Shown here: one piece after another, positions 48,618-62,413 of the stretch | How the letters are laid out: every line of letters begins with the position of its first letter | How positions within the stretch are numbered: the stretch's first letter is position 1 | NCBI GenBank assembly: GCA_963514005.1 | Contig: OY740797.1 | Span: 19,840,001 to 19,904,000 of the forward strand | Length of the DNA stretch: 64,000 nucleotides | Direction of reading: 5' to 3' | From: Raja brachyura | Lineage: Eukaryota | Program-made: the position numbers and the translations under genes | The notes under the pieces: generated by a model | The model's input: only the letters and a program-made list of their open reading frames with translations | What the model was told of the DNA's origin: nothing | Databases searched by the model: none

Positions 48618-51600
48618 ATGCAAGATAATAATCAAAATAAACTGGGAGGAATCTCATTCTGCAGCTGGAATATTAGGGGGGTTAACGAACGCATTAAAAG
48701 GGGTAAGATTTTAGCTCAGCTGAAAGCATACAACACAGATGTTATCTTTCTTCAAGAAACACATCTTAAACTTCAAGATCAAGCTAGATTGAGAGCGAAC
48801 TGGATAGGCCAAACTTTTCACTCGTCATATATGTCGAAGTCCAGAGGCACGTCTATCATTATTCGCAAAGGTATACCATTTAAACAGAAAAATACCTTAA
48901 CAGGTAAGGACAGGAGATATTTGATATGTTACCGGTGAGATCCATGCCACCCCAATTACATTGGTAAATATATATGCGCCTAACTTTGACAATCCGCATT
49001 TTTTCAATAAAATGTTGAATATAATCGCAGAATATAATTACCAGAATGTTATAATTGGTTGAGACTTTAATTGTGTTTTAGACCCTTACTTAGATAAATC
49101 TAGTCAAAAACAGAGAGGTAATACGAAATCTAAAACTAGCAAACTTTTAAACACATATATAAAAAATACAAATATAACAGATGTTTGGAGGATTGCAAAT
49201 CCGACAGGCAATGAATATTCATTTTATTCATCGGTACACAAGACTTATTCACGTATAGATTATTTCCTGGTGGATACAAAATTAATTCCGTATACTCTTA
49301 ACACAAAATACCATACAAATACGATTTCAGATCATTCCCCACTAACTTTTTTTTTTAATGGAAGGAATGTCTAAGAATACGCCGTTTTGGAGGTACAACC
49401 CTCAAATTTTAAAAGACCTGCAAGGGAGTATATATGTAAAACAGCAAATGGATCTTTTATTCGAAATAAATGACATGCCAGAGACATCACCTACATTATT
49501 ATGGGAATCTTTCAAAGGATTTATTCGAGGTGTTATAATCCCATACCAAGCTTTTCAGAATAAAAAAAATAAGAACGAACAACGCCAGTTAGAAGAACAA
49601 ATTAGACAATTGGGCATAGATAATGCTAAAGACCCATGGATAAACATAATAAAATATTAATACTAAAATTTAAATTAAATAAATTACTTTCAGAGAAAGT
49701 AATAAGATTATTCCAAATCACAAGACAGGAACAGTTTGAATTTGGGGATAAACCCCATAAACGTCTGGCACGTTAGTTAAAAAAACGAGCAAAGGAACAT
49801 ACGATTTCAAAGATTAAATCAGATAGAGCGGAAGTATTAACATTACCGAATGAAATTAATAAAAGATTTGTGCAATTTTATGAAAATTTGTATACATCCA
49901 AAACGACAACGGACACTAATAAAGTTACTGAGTTCTTGCATAATTGCAATCTTCCCAAACTAGAGTTGCAGGAACAAGAGGAATTGGGAGCACAAATCTC
50001 AAATAAGGAAATAGAAGAAACAATAATCTCATAAAAAAATGGAAAAACACCAGGTCCTGATGGATTTAGTAATGAATTCTATAAAAGTTTTTATGATATA
50101 TTTACTCCACGCCTACAGAAAATGTATACACATGCCTTTACAGAACAAATACTACCTGATACACTAGCAGAATCTACGATTACATTAATACTTAAGAAAG
50201 ATAAAGATGTGGAAGAACCCAGATCATATAGAGCTATTGCATTGTTAAACACAGATAAAAAAATATTAGCGAAAATATTAGCAAGAAGATTGCCAGTACG
50301 CCAGTAAATTAATACATTCGAATCAAAAGGGGTTTATCCCTAAGAGACAATCATTTAATAATTTGAGACGTCTGCTCAACATAATGCATTCACACCAAAC
50401 TAAAGATCAAAAACTAGCAATTATTTCGCTGGACGCTGAGAAAGCATTCGATCAGGTTGAATGGAATTATATGGTTAAGGTATTGCAAAAATTTCAACTG
50501 GGAGAGAATTTCATTCTATGGATTAAATTATTATATAATAAGCCAACGGCCAGAATATTAACTAATAATATTTTATCTACGAAATTTCAACTGTCAAGAG
50601 GTAATAGGCAAGGCTGTTCATTATCACCATTGTTATTTGCCCTTATAATTGAACCACTAGCGAAGAGAATTAGAACTCATCCAAATATCCATGGATATAA
50701 TACAAAATATTCAAACAATAAAATATCATTATACGCTGATGATATACTTTTGTACATCACAAAACCTCATATCACTATACCCAATATTTCAAACTTAATT
50801 GAGGATTTCGGATCATTTTCAGGTTACAGAATAATTTGGAATAAAAGTGAAATCATGTCAATAAAACTGAAAGATCCTACACATCTCTTACAGTTTCCTT
50901 TTAAAATAGCTAGGGAAAAATTTAAATACTTGGGTATTGAAATCACCAGAAGATATCAAGACATGTTTAATGCAAACTATAACCCTGTACTTAAGAAACT
51001 ACATAATTTAATTAAATTTTGGAAAACGCTACCGATGTCCTTAATAGGCCGAATAAACGCCATAAAAATGATTTTTCTACCACAAATTCTATACCTGTTC
51101 CAATCAATCCCAATATACCTACCCAAAAAGTTTTTTTTAAAATTGGACTCAGATATTACAAATTTTATTTGGGATTATAAGTCCCATAGAATACAAAGAC
51201 CACACTTGAATAAACCCAAAGCAGTAGGGGGATTAGCACTCCCTAATTTCATGTATTACTATTGGTCTGTAAATATTACAAATATGATACAATTGCTGGA
51301 TAACTCTCCCCAGCAACCGGAGTGGATTATTATGGAGAAAGAGGACTGCTCCCCTTTTAATATTGGAGCGCTCCTTCTTTCACCAATGATGTTGAATAAT
51401 ACAAATTACAACAAAAATCCAATTATACATAGTACAATCAGAATTTGGAAACAAATAAAATATAACTTAAAATTAAGAAATTTATCTCTCCTATCTCCTA
51501 TCGCTAAAAACCCTCTGTTTAAACCCTCAATTATAGATAAAGCATTTATACAATGGGAAAGAGCAGGAATTAAATCTCTGGGAGATTTGTATGAAATTGG

Positions 51601-52402
51601 AAATCTATTATAATTTAAACAATTACAACTAAAATATAATTTGGGTAACGATCAGTACTTTAAAGATTACCAAATATGGGATTATCTGAAAAAATATGCA
51701 CAAGAATTTCACAATATGCCATCAGACTTACTGGATGAAGCAATGAATACAAAGGCTGAATCAGCAAATGTAATCTCATATATATATAATATTATCCTAA
51801 ATGCAGAAATACCAACAACTGAAGGTATCAGAAGAGACTGGGAAAAAGAATTAAGTATAAGAAGTTCCAAAGAAAGGTGGAAAGAACACTTATTAAATGT
51901 GCATAAATGTTCAATTAACGTAAAACACACTTTAATACAATTTAAAATCTTACACAGATTATACTATTCAAAAACTAAATTAAGTAAATTTTTTTCCCAA
52001 CGTCTCACCTATTTGTGATAAATGCCAGTCTCAAGAAGCTACTATAGCGCACTCATTCGTATTTTGTAGAAAAATTCAAAGGTTTTGGATTTAAAATTTG
52101 AAATCTTCACAATACTGTTTAAAATAAAAATGACACCAAAGGCAGATTGGATTATTTTTGGAATAACAGAAGGTAGCCCTGAATTAAATGTGTTTCAAAA
52201 GAATCTATTTGATTACGGCTTAATAATAGGAAAAAAGTTAATCTTAAAATTCTGGAAAAATTCCCCTATACCAACAGTACATATGTGGATTTCAACTATG
52301 TTTGAAACACGACATCTGGAAGATATGAGACTCTGCCTGGCAAGAAAAACAGATAGTTTCTATCAGACGTGGTCTGCATTTATAGATTTGCTACAAAGAT
52401 AG
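48618..52402 (+). pseudogene. L1 ORF2 (APE-RT-Cys domain), multiple stops and frameshifts
   Basis: SWNIRG, FLQETH, ISDHSP, GKTPGPDGF, YRAIALLNTD, SLDAEKAFDQVEW, RGNRQGCSLSPLLF, SLYADD, FKYLG, GGLALPN. Confidence 0.92.
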
Positions 52403-54104
52403 GGTGCAAGAGTACCTCAAAAAGATACCGATGTTGGGCCTTAGTAAAGGGGGATGAAAAACTATCGAGTTGGTAAATTCCTTTTGCGTGATGTATATAA
52501 TATAGTAACTGGCTTTTCTTTATTTTTCTCTCTCTCTTTTCTTTTTTCTCTTTTCTAGGGTCTATCTCTTAATCCCCTTTCTCTAACTCTTTGACCAAGG
52601 GTTTTTTTTTCCTTCCCTTTGGCACGCTTTTTCACTTTCACAACTCTTTTCACCTACTTCACTCTCTCTGTTTCTATTCTTTTTCTTTAAAAGCCTTAAA
52701 ATTAAGGGGTACAATGATTGTAACAATATATATGTGATGTGCACTAATGTATTTACCTCTATTAAATAAAAATATTTAAAAAAAACAAAAAAACAATTAA
52801 TATGTTAATACCGGGCTTTCGTGAAAGAACAGCTGAAGCGTTATGTTTTTTTCTGAAGCTGTCTGAGATGATCAAAAAATCAGGGCTTAATTTTACTTAC
52901 CACCATTCGGGCCTGCTCTTCCTTCCCCACATATTTTGCTCAAGCCTCCTTGAAATACTCGAAATGTTAGGTCTTTCCATCTCACATTCTGGGACCTAAA
53001 TAATCATCCCCGACGTAGCATCGATTCCCTTGTATTTATCTGGCGTATCGTATACAGTTTTCGCAACATAATCCCCTTTAGATTGAAGAAACCAGACGTT
53101 GATTGGACGATTTGCCTTCGGGAATCAAGATAACATTTTCAACTTTAGGTAATTTGCTTTACCTTCATGTCACTTAAGAATTGATGTCAATTGTGTCTGC
53201 CACAGTTTCTTCATTCCACTTCTGTCCCAGAGGCAGAATCAAATTAGCAACAAATTACACGGCCCTGGTATGTTAATCAAATCTAACCATGAATTTATTA
53301 GAGAATTCTCTTTTATTGCACCCATCATCCTCTTCAAAATCTTGGTATTCAATAGGCTAACACCTTTCTCTAGTTCACAGTTCTGACCAGGGATCTCTCG
53401 TCTGAAATATTAAACATTTTCCCCTCCAAAGTTGCAGTCTGACCGTTTCATCTATCCAACCATTTTCATTTCCTATTTTTACATCGTTTTGTCTCAGTTT
53501 CTATTTCCCATGAAGTGTTATAGGCAAACTATTAATTTCCCAATTCGTTTGCGAAATGTACAGTATTATGACATTCGTGATGTATAGAGTCAAGTAGAAT
53601 TTATTGACATATGCAGAGGTCTGCAGAGGTCCAAATTAAAGTTTGTATCCAGCACCACCACATGCACATTGACTCAATCAATCTTATTCTTAGGCTCTGT
53701 TCGGTCATGGCTGACCATGGGTGTCTCCAGGGTGCTATAGCCTATATGGAGGAAACCTGTGCGTGTCGTTGTTTAATGTGGGGAGACTGGTGCACAGACA
53801 GCCACCCCACGATCCTTGACAGATCTGGGCCAGGATCCAGTGGCATGGAGTCACTAAACAATTTACACAAACCAATTATGGAATGAGGTTCTCAAACAAT
53901 TAATCTGTTAATACAGGGTCTTCGTGAAAGAACAGCTGAAGCGTGATGCTGTTTTTCTGAAGCGATCTGAGCCGATTTAAAAAAATCAGGGCCTATTTTT
54001 ACTTACCATCGGATACCCTCTACTTTTCAAAGTCGTTCTTAATCATGCTGGTTGCAACCAAAGAGCCCCGTGCAAAAGCCTTCCCCCTTTTTTTAATGAC
54101 CCCA

Positions 54105-54520
54105 TTGCTGTCTTTCCTCAGATTTGGAAACCAAAACTGTACGCAATACTTCAGGTGTGGTCTCACCAAGGCCCTGTACAACTGCAGTAGAACCTCCCTG
54201 CTCCTATACTCAAATCCTTTTGCTATGAATGATAACATACAGTACCATTCACGGATGCACTACCTTCCCTGATTTATTATTTTGCCAAACTGAGATGAAC
54301 AATTGTTGTAGTTAATCCATGCAGTCTTTAAATGCCTTCCATTGCATATCCAACGTCAACCCCTTAAGAATCAATTAGCAGTCTATCTTGGCCAATTCAC
54401 ATCTCATACCATTAAAGTTACCTTTCTTTAAGTTCAGACCCCTTGTTTCTGAATTAACTGTGTCATTCTCCATCGTAATGAAGAACTCAACCATATTATG
54501 GTCACTCTTGCCCAAGGGCA
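54105..54520 (-). mobile_element. CR1 fragments (RT C-terminus and APE region)
   Basis: FIAKGFEYRSREVLLQLYRALVRPHLKYCVQFW (ORF 54020-54238); 'tggtcactcttgcccaaggg' (PLGKSDH). Confidence 0.8.
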
Positions 54521-55398
54521 ATGTATCTTGTTCAATTTACATCGCGGGACAATGGTGAATAAGGTGGGTGGGGGGGGGCGTGGGCGGGGGGGGGGGTCTG
54601 TGTGGGTGGGGGGGGGGGTCTGTGTGGGGATGGTGGGTATAGGCGGGGGGGTTGCGGGTGGATGTGTGTGTGGGCGGGAGGAGAATGTGGGGTGGGTGTT
54701 TTGGGGGGAGGGCGGTGTCTGGGTGTGGGCGGGTTGTGGGTGGAGGGGGGTGTGTGGTTGGAGGTGGGTTGTGGGGGGAGTGGCTGTATGGGCGGGGGGG
54801 GGGGTTGAGGGGGGGGGGGTTGAGGGGGGGAGAGATCTTGGAGAAAAGTTGGGAAAGACCATAGGGGAGAACGGGGCATCACGGGGGAGTGGGTCAGGAG
54901 TCAGCGAGAGGAACTAGAGTGGAAGAGGCTGGAGCTGGCGGTGCGATGGGGACTCACAGTGGGTGCTGGTTGCTGGTCGTTCTCCTCCGCTGGGAATAGA
55001 GTCCCCGCTTTCCATTTGGAAACATCGGCCAGATCTCCGACTCTGCACCAGGCTGGGCTACTTCCGGTCCCTCCAACAATTGTGTCCGGTTCGAGACCTC
55101 CACCGGCCATCCAGAGCGTCCCTCAGATCTAGTAAAGGCGCAGGAAGGGGCGGACTGTCCCATGGAGTGACAGGAGAAGAAAAAATCAGCACGGCGCTGA
55201 CTGGCAGGAGAGGAGATGGATTTGCGCACGCGCGGTTTTAAGATTTTTAAACCTCGCTAACTTTTACATTATGGCACCGATCGGAACCTAACTTGGTGCA
55301 CTCGCAGCACAAGAGAACGGGGAATGAGCTGGCAAAAAATTGTAGCGCTATCCGTACCGTTTTTGCGCAAATAGAAAAACCACGCAAACCAGAAGATA

Positions 55399-55526
55399 NN
55401 NNNNNNNNNNNNNNNNNNNNNNNNNNNNNNNNNNNNNNNNNNNNNNNNNNNNNNNNNNNNNNNNNNNNNNNNNNNNNNNNNNNNNNNNNNNNNNNNNNNN
55501 NNNNNNNNNNNNNNNNNNNNNNNNNN
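55399..55526. other. Assembly gap (N run)
   Basis: Run of n. Confidence 1.
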
Positions 55527-56146
55527 TTGGGCCCTGTTCCCCCAACACAATATCCCACCACTCACACATTCCCGTTGTGACGCCAGAGATCCCCGTTGTC
55601 ACGCGAGTCACGGTATCCGCTCCACCAACTGCGCCTCACCATCCCTCTTCCTATCCCTATCCTCCATTCCCCCTCGTCCCCCAGCACTCCATCCCCCTCT
55701 TCACCCTCCCTCTTATTATCCCTGTCCTCCTCCCCTCCCCCACTCCCTCCCTCATCTCTCCATCCCTCTCCTTTCTGACATTGATTATTTTCGATTGATC
55801 TTGTGAGATAATGAGATAATGGTGAGATACAGTACGGAAAGGTTACTTTGTAATGACAACATTTTCTTTTCATCTTGGACGTAACTTTTCGAAGTACCAT
55901 CCACGAACAAACTGTTAATGACCATGGATTCAGTTCAGTACCACAATGTGAATCATAAAGGTCATGCGTAATTCATATGGTGCAATTATTGAGGAGCTGC
56001 GAGCATGTTTTATAATTGGGCTATACACTGTTAAAGGAGTTCTTTTCGGGGTGACAAATACACATAATTATAACATTGCCTCGAGTTATTTTAAAATCTA
56101 ACTGTTACTTTTTATATGTTAATATATTTTATATATTACAGCTACA

Positions 56147-56975
56147 TGTCAGGTCTCGTGTTTGATCTAGTTTCTGTTTCTTATTGTTTTTTTGTATTAG
56201 AGTTTGCATTCTTGTTTTATTTTGGTGTCTCACATCTCCTCTTGTTTCAGGGCCCATTTCCTGTCATGTCGTTTACTCTCATGTGATTGTTGGCTCCGCC
56301 CTGATGTGTTTCACCTGTGTTTCGTTATCCCCTGTTAGTCTGTATTTAAGCCCTTTGTGTTTTAGTTCTCATTGCCAGTTTGTTGTGTATGCTACTTGGT
56401 ATAACCTTGTCCCAGCTCTAGCAATCTTGTGATCTTGACCGCTACACAAAAAGCTGGAGAAACTCAGCAGGTGCAGCAGCATCTAAGGGGCGAAGGAGAT
56501 AGGTGACGTTTCGGGTCGAGACCCTTCTTCAGACTTGTGATCTTGACCATTGCCTGTTTTTTGACCACAGCTTTTGCCTGCTCCTAGATTATACTGTTGC
56601 CTCTGTTTTTGCTTACCTGTGTACTGACGTGGACCGATTAAACTCTGAAAATGGATCTGCCCTGTGTCTGAGTCTGCATTTGTGTCCTCCTCGTTCAGTT
56701 CTGATATTATGAACTGGCCAACAATGGACTCAGCAGGCTCTGAACCCTTTTGTGCAGCGCTCCAGAAGCAAGAGGAGCGCATCCTGCATTACGAGGGTCA
56801 ACTCGCCTCGATCGTCGCCGGGTTCCGAGATCTCGGCGAGCCTCAGCAGGGGTTCCAGGCGGACATCGGTTCACAGATGAACACTTTAAATTCTTGGTTT
56901 GAGCACCTGGTTACTCAGCTGAATTCTTTGTTTCCTGAGACGACACCACCTGTTCATTTTCTAATTGCTCTCTGA
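56147..56975 (+). mobile_element. Ty3/Gypsy LTR (~56147-56706) plus start of gag
   Basis: TGTCA start, 'cacctg' and TATA-like 'gtatttaagccc' LTR motifs, then 'gaactggccaacaATGGACTCAGC' and gag-like MDSAG...ALQKQEERI coiled coil. A Penelope piece is inserted at ~56441-56533. Confidence 0.65.
56505..56532 (-). ncRNA. Minimal hammerhead-ribozyme-like motif in a Penelope fragment
   Basis: Minus strand reads CTGAAGA-A-GGGTC-TC-GACCC-GAAAC-GTC: CUGANGA core, helix II hairpin, GAAA box. Confidence 0.55.
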
Positions 56976-57547
56976 ATCCCAGAAACAAGCAGCTTTTTAT
57001 TACAGTTTCTAGCCCTATATTTGCTTTATTATCTTGCATGCTGTACTCCTTTTGCATCAATTTTCTTCAATTCTATCTCGCCACCATTAAATTCTGACAT
57101 TGGCTCAATCTTATTAAACTTTACATTTCCCCTCATATCTCTCCTTCACTCTCCACCCTTAAATTCCAAACTATTGCTTTTTAATCTCCCAGCTATGTTG
57201 TAGCTAAAGCCATTTTATACTGTTACACACACCATTTTAGTTTTTGTTTAATACAAGGATATAAATGTATTTATTAAGAATACAAATGTGTAAAAGTAGA
57301 AATAAGTAACTTGTTTATAACTTAAAGTAACTTGTTTAACTTCCATAATAGAGCTCTAGGGGCTAGTGGAGTCAAGGGATATGGGGAGAAGGCAGGCATG
57401 GGTTATTGACAGCGGACGATCAGCCATGATCACAAAGAATGGCGGTGCTGGCTCGAAGGGCCGAATGGCCTCCTCGTGCATCTAATTTCTATGACATGGG
57501 GAACATTTCGGGCCCAAACCCTTTTTCAGAATTTTTGATTGCATTTG

Positions 57548-60500
57548 TTTCGCTTACAATATATTGTGCATTCCTCTGTTACCTTTCTCCGTGGTACCAT
57601 AAGTGACTATAAGCAAAAATGTTATAACCTCTTTCCATTTTTAACATTCAGGAATTAACTAGCTCCTTGTTCCTAAGTATTAATCTGTTACCTTCGCAGA
57701 TATTTGCAACAGCAACTTTCGCGCAAAGGTATTCAAGTGCATTACAAAACTCGATTACTGAAGAGAAGGGGACCACATCGGCACGAGAACAAAGTTAATT
57801 CAACAAACAAAAGACGATATGTGTTTATTAAAGTAAAAGCTGGGAATGTTAGAAATGGAATCAATTAACAAAAAAACCCGGAAATACGCCCAAGACCACA
57901 AGATTTCAGAGACAAAAAATTGAATTCTTTACAGTATAATTGCTAACTTAAAATTGTTGCATTCTTAGAGATTTGAGCACTTGACAACTTGTGATGCCTA
58001 GTTTTTATACGACCAGCAAGGTATATAGTCCACGGAGTTTGTTCCCGGTCAAGGTAAAGTGCGACGTAACTTTTTAAAAGTTATAATTGTTCAAGCATCA
58101 TCTTTGCAAATGTGTTTCCTTTTAGTTTTTTCAGGTTCACATTTTCAACACGCAAAGAATAGTTATTATGGTAAAATGAATAACAAAACGTGAATCAAAA
58201 AAGGTGACCTGTGTGAAAGAACATAAGATGATCATATGTACAAACGTAAGAACTTTAAAAGAGGGGAGAAGGAGTGGAGACACTTTTAAGAAGTCGGACA
58301 ACTTTTAATTACCAGAGATACACAGCTGTGAAATTCGGCGGGCAATTCACATTACTGGTCAGTTATCATTGGTTCTGAAAACTCGTGCTTGCGTTTTTTC
58401 CCCCCCAATGAAAATGACCGGTCAGCAAAGGCGATTAAGTAAAACTGCCTAAGACTACCTCGACTACCTATAACTACATGGCGACCCAACTACTACTGCA
58501 CCTACGACTACAGGATTATCGATTTTCTCCATGGCGGTCGTAGACAAATTTTCAACATGTTGAAAAATTTGCGGCGACCATACTGAGGCCGCAACTAGTT
58601 TCCAGAATGCGGGAACTCCTCGCGACCATGAATGAGGCTCACCAGAGACCACCAGCGAATATGTGGTGACCATGTCCCACATAAGAGATTAGTATACAAA
58701 CTTAAAGCACATGGTATTGGGGGTTCAGTATTGATGTGGATAGAGAACTGGCTGGCAGACAGGAAGCAAAGGGTAGGAGTAAGTGGGTCCTTTTCAGAAT
58801 GGTAGGCAGTGAGTAGTGGGGTACCGCAAGGCTCAGTGCTGGGACCCCAGCTATTTAAAATATATAATAATTATATGGTCGCGGGAATTCAATGCAACAT
58901 CTCCAAGTTTGCGGATGACACAAAGCTGGGGGGCAGTGTTAGGTGTGAGGAGGAGGCTGCAAGGTGACTTGGATAGGCTGGGTGAGTGGGCAGATTCATG
59001 GCAGATACAGTACAATGTGGATAAATGTGAGCTTATCCACTTTGGTGGCAAAAACAGGAGGGTAGACTAATATCTGAATGGTGGCCGATTAGGAAAAGGG
59101 GAGATGCAATGAGACCTGGGTGTCATGGTACACCAGTCATTGAAAGTAGGCATGCAGGTGCAGCAGGCAGTGAAAAAAGCAAATGGTATGTTAGCATTCA
59201 TAGCAAAAGGATTTGAGTATAGGAGCAGGGTGGTTCTACTGCAGTTCTACAGGGTTTTGGCGAGACCACACCTGGAGTATTGCATACAGTTTTGGTCTCC
59301 AAATCTGAGGAAATACATTCTTGCCATAGAGGGGGTACAGAGAAGGTTCACCAGGCTGATTCCTAGGATGTCAGGACTTTCATATGAGGAAAGACTGGAT
59401 AGACTCGGCGTGTACTCGCTGGAATTTAGAAGATTGAGGGGGGATCTTATAGAAACTTACAAAATTCTTAAGGGGTTGGACAGGCTAGATGCAGGAAGAT
59501 TGTTACCAATGTTGGGGAGGCCCAGAACAAGGGGTCACAGTTTAAAGATAAGGGGGAATTCCTTTAGGACCGAGGTGAGGAAAACATTTTTCACACAGAC
59601 TGGTGAGTCTCTGGAATTCTCTGCCACAGAAGGTAGTTGAGGCCAGTTCATTGGCTATATTTAAGGGGGAGTTAGTTGTGGCCCTTGTGGCTAAAGGGAT
59701 CAGGGGGTATGGAGAGAAGGCAGGTACAGGATACTAAGTTGAATGATCAGCCATGATCATATTGAATGGTGGTGCAGGCTCGAAGGGCCGAAGGACACCT
59801 GCACCTATTTTCTATGTTTCTATGTTTTCTATGTGGTGAGCACAGAATCTCCTGCACTCGCCTAAAGTGGGACAGGCAGCCTTCCGAGTCTCTCATCATA
59901 ACTGACAACATTCCAGGAAAACATTCTGATGTATTTACTCTTCTCATTTTATTTCTGTCCAGAGTACAGAAAGGAGATTAAGAACCGTCAAGACAATATC
60001 TTTTCCCTCAATGTCAGAGAGACAAAGGAGGTTGTGATTGACTTAAGCAAGATAACAGTGCACACCCCACTTATGCATTCATGGCTCTGAAGCAGAAATG
60101 GTCGAAAGGTTCAAGTTCCATAGAATAAATATCACCAGCAATTTGTCCTGGACTAGCCACGTCGAAGCTATAGCCAGAAATTCACATGACTGTCTCTATG
60201 TCCTGAGAAGGATTAGGAATTTAGGCATGACACCAATAAACCCCACCAACTTCTACAGAGGCATTGTAAACAGCTTTTTTAGGATGCATTATAGATGGGT
60301 TTGGAAACGGCTCCATCCAAGACCACAAGAAATTGCAGAGAATTCTGGACGTAGCTCAGATCATCACACAAACTTCCCATCCGTTGACTCCATCTACACT
60401 CCATCTGCCACGGCAAGCCCGTCAGGATAATCAAGGACTAGCCTCATACTGGCCATCACACTTCTCCCCTCTCACATGAGGCAAGACGTACAGAAGTTTC

Positions 60501-60711
60501 CGAACGCATATCTCCAGAATCAGGGACAATTTCCTCCCAGCTGTCATCAGGTAGGTGAACTAACGGTCCTCTGATCAGCTAGAGTGCGGTCCTCATCTAC
60601 CTTGTCCATCTCACATAAGACCTATGAACCATCTTTCATTGGCCTTTATCTTGCACTAAATTTTGTACCCTTTACAATTTATCTGTGCATTGTGGAAGGC
60701 TTGATTGTATT
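57548..60711. repeat. Second segmental duplication, right copy
   Basis: Colinear with 32872-35594 + 40304-40584. It lacks the MITE, composite TIR element and DIRS, but carries a CR1. Confidence 0.9.
58676..59834 (+). mobile_element. 5'-truncated CR1 LINE
   Basis: GVPQGSVLGP, SKFADDTK, ORF 59125-59640 (RPHLEYCIQFW, RRLRGDLIETYK), tail (tatgtttc)n. The paralogue at ~34075 lacks it. Confidence 0.92.
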
Positions 60712-62413
60712 CATGTATAGTCTTTTCTTTGACAGGATAGCACGCACACAAATGTTTTTCATTGTATATCGGTAGACGTGACAATAATTTGCTGAAGTAA
60801 ACTAAACACACGACATGAAATTGAAACACAGCCATTGTATTTGAGGCAGGGGATGTGGGGGGTAGGGACGGACAGAGCGGCCTGGAGCCGGGGGAGGGGA
60901 AGGGCGCCGCCACCCTCAGACCCAGCCCCAGCATCCAGACCGTGGGTCGGCCAATCCTACCCTCAGATGCACCGCAGTGTGGATACAGGGCCCACTGCGC
61001 ATGCGCGGGGCTGACGGGCCTCCCGCAACTGGACAGGCAGTTTTAAAAATACCTTTCTAAAATTTTTAAATGTCAATAACTTGTAAATTAATCAATCAAT
61101 CTGAAGGAAATGTGGGAGGAGGGATGTGGTGGGGGGAGTGAGCGGGGGAAGGGTGTGTGGGAACAGGGATTGTGGGGCTGGTGATTGTGGGGGGGAGGGG
61201 TTTAGGGACAGGGGGATGTGTGGGGCAGAGGGGGTTGTGGGGGGTGGGATGTGGGAGCGGGGGGTTGTTGTGGGGGGAGGGGTGTGGGCGGGGGGAGTGG
61301 GGTTGTGGGCGGGGCGGTGGTGGGCGGGGGGATGGTGGGCTGGGTGGGGTTTAGGGGGTTGTGGGGGAGGGGTGTGTGTGGTTGTGAGGTGTGGGCGGGG
61401 GGGTCTGTGTGGGCGGGGGGTTGTGGGCCGAGGGGCGGGTTGTGGGTGGATGGATGTGTGGGCGGGAGGGGGTTGTGGGGGAGGAGGTTGTGTGTGCAGG
61501 TGGGGTTATGGGGGGAGTGGGTGTGTGGTCCTGGGAGGGGAGTGACAGCTTGAGAAAAGACGGGGAAGAATGGGGTATCACAGGGGATGGGGGCAGAAAC
61601 CAGAGAGGGAGATCATAACGTAAGTGGCTGGAGCTGGCGGTGCGATCGGGACTGACAGCGGGCGCTGGTTGCTGCTCGTCTCCTCCATCGATATCAGAGT
61701 TTTCACTTTCCATTTGGAGACATCGGTGACATCCCCGACTCCATGCCGGGCTGGGCTGCTTCCGGTCCCTCTGAAAATTGTGTCCGGTTTGTGACCTCCG
61801 CCGGCCATCCAGAGCGTCTCTCAGCTCCAGTAAAGACACGATGGCACAGGAAGGGGCGGAGTGTCCCATGGAGTGACAGGAGAGGAGATCAATCTGCGCG
61901 CACACTGTTCTAAGATTTTTAAACCTCGCTGCTTCAGAACAAAACTTGCTGCACTCGCAGCACATGAGAACGGGGAGTGAGCTGGCGAAAAATCATAGCA
62001 CTATCACGTACCGTTTTTTCGCAAATATAAAAATCGCGCAAAGCAGAATATAACAAGATTAGTTTTAGTTAGGGAAAGATAGATGGGAAAGATAGATGGG
62101 AAGGTGGATGGATAGATGGTTGGACTAGACCAAGTGGGAGCCTTTGGGCCCCGTTTCCCCCAATGCAATATTCCACCAATCACCCATTCCCGTTGTTACG
62201 CCAGAGATCCCATTGTGACGCGAGCCATTGCATCCCCTCCACCAACAGCGACTCACCATACCTCTTCCTACCCCTATCCTCCTCCATTCCCTCTCATCCC
62301 CTCCTCTTCACCCTCCCTCTTCTTTCCCCTCTCCTCCTCCCCTCCCTCACTCCCTCCCACAACTCTCCCTCCCTCTCCTGTCTGACATTGATTATTTTAG
62401 GTTTGTAGATTGA

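Larger units (their letters stand above)
45897..52790 (+). mobile_element. Full-length L1-clade LINE (decayed) with TSD and poly(A)
   Basis: ORF1, APE, RT and Cys-rich C-terminus; T-rich 3' UTR, AATAAA and A-tail (~52765-52790). TSD AAACAATCAATATGT (45882-45896) / AAACAATTAATATGT (52791-52805). Empty-site paralogue at ~53894-53908. Confidence 0.93.

Noticed and set aside
52990-53160. Minus-strand FP...INVW peptide as a decayed third V exon
   Set aside because: No canonical Cys or DxGxYxC motif, and it contains stops.
54434-54917. Pro/Gly-rich ORFs (also 12747-14060 and 61126-61965)
   Set aside because: Low-complexity G/C tracts inside repeats.
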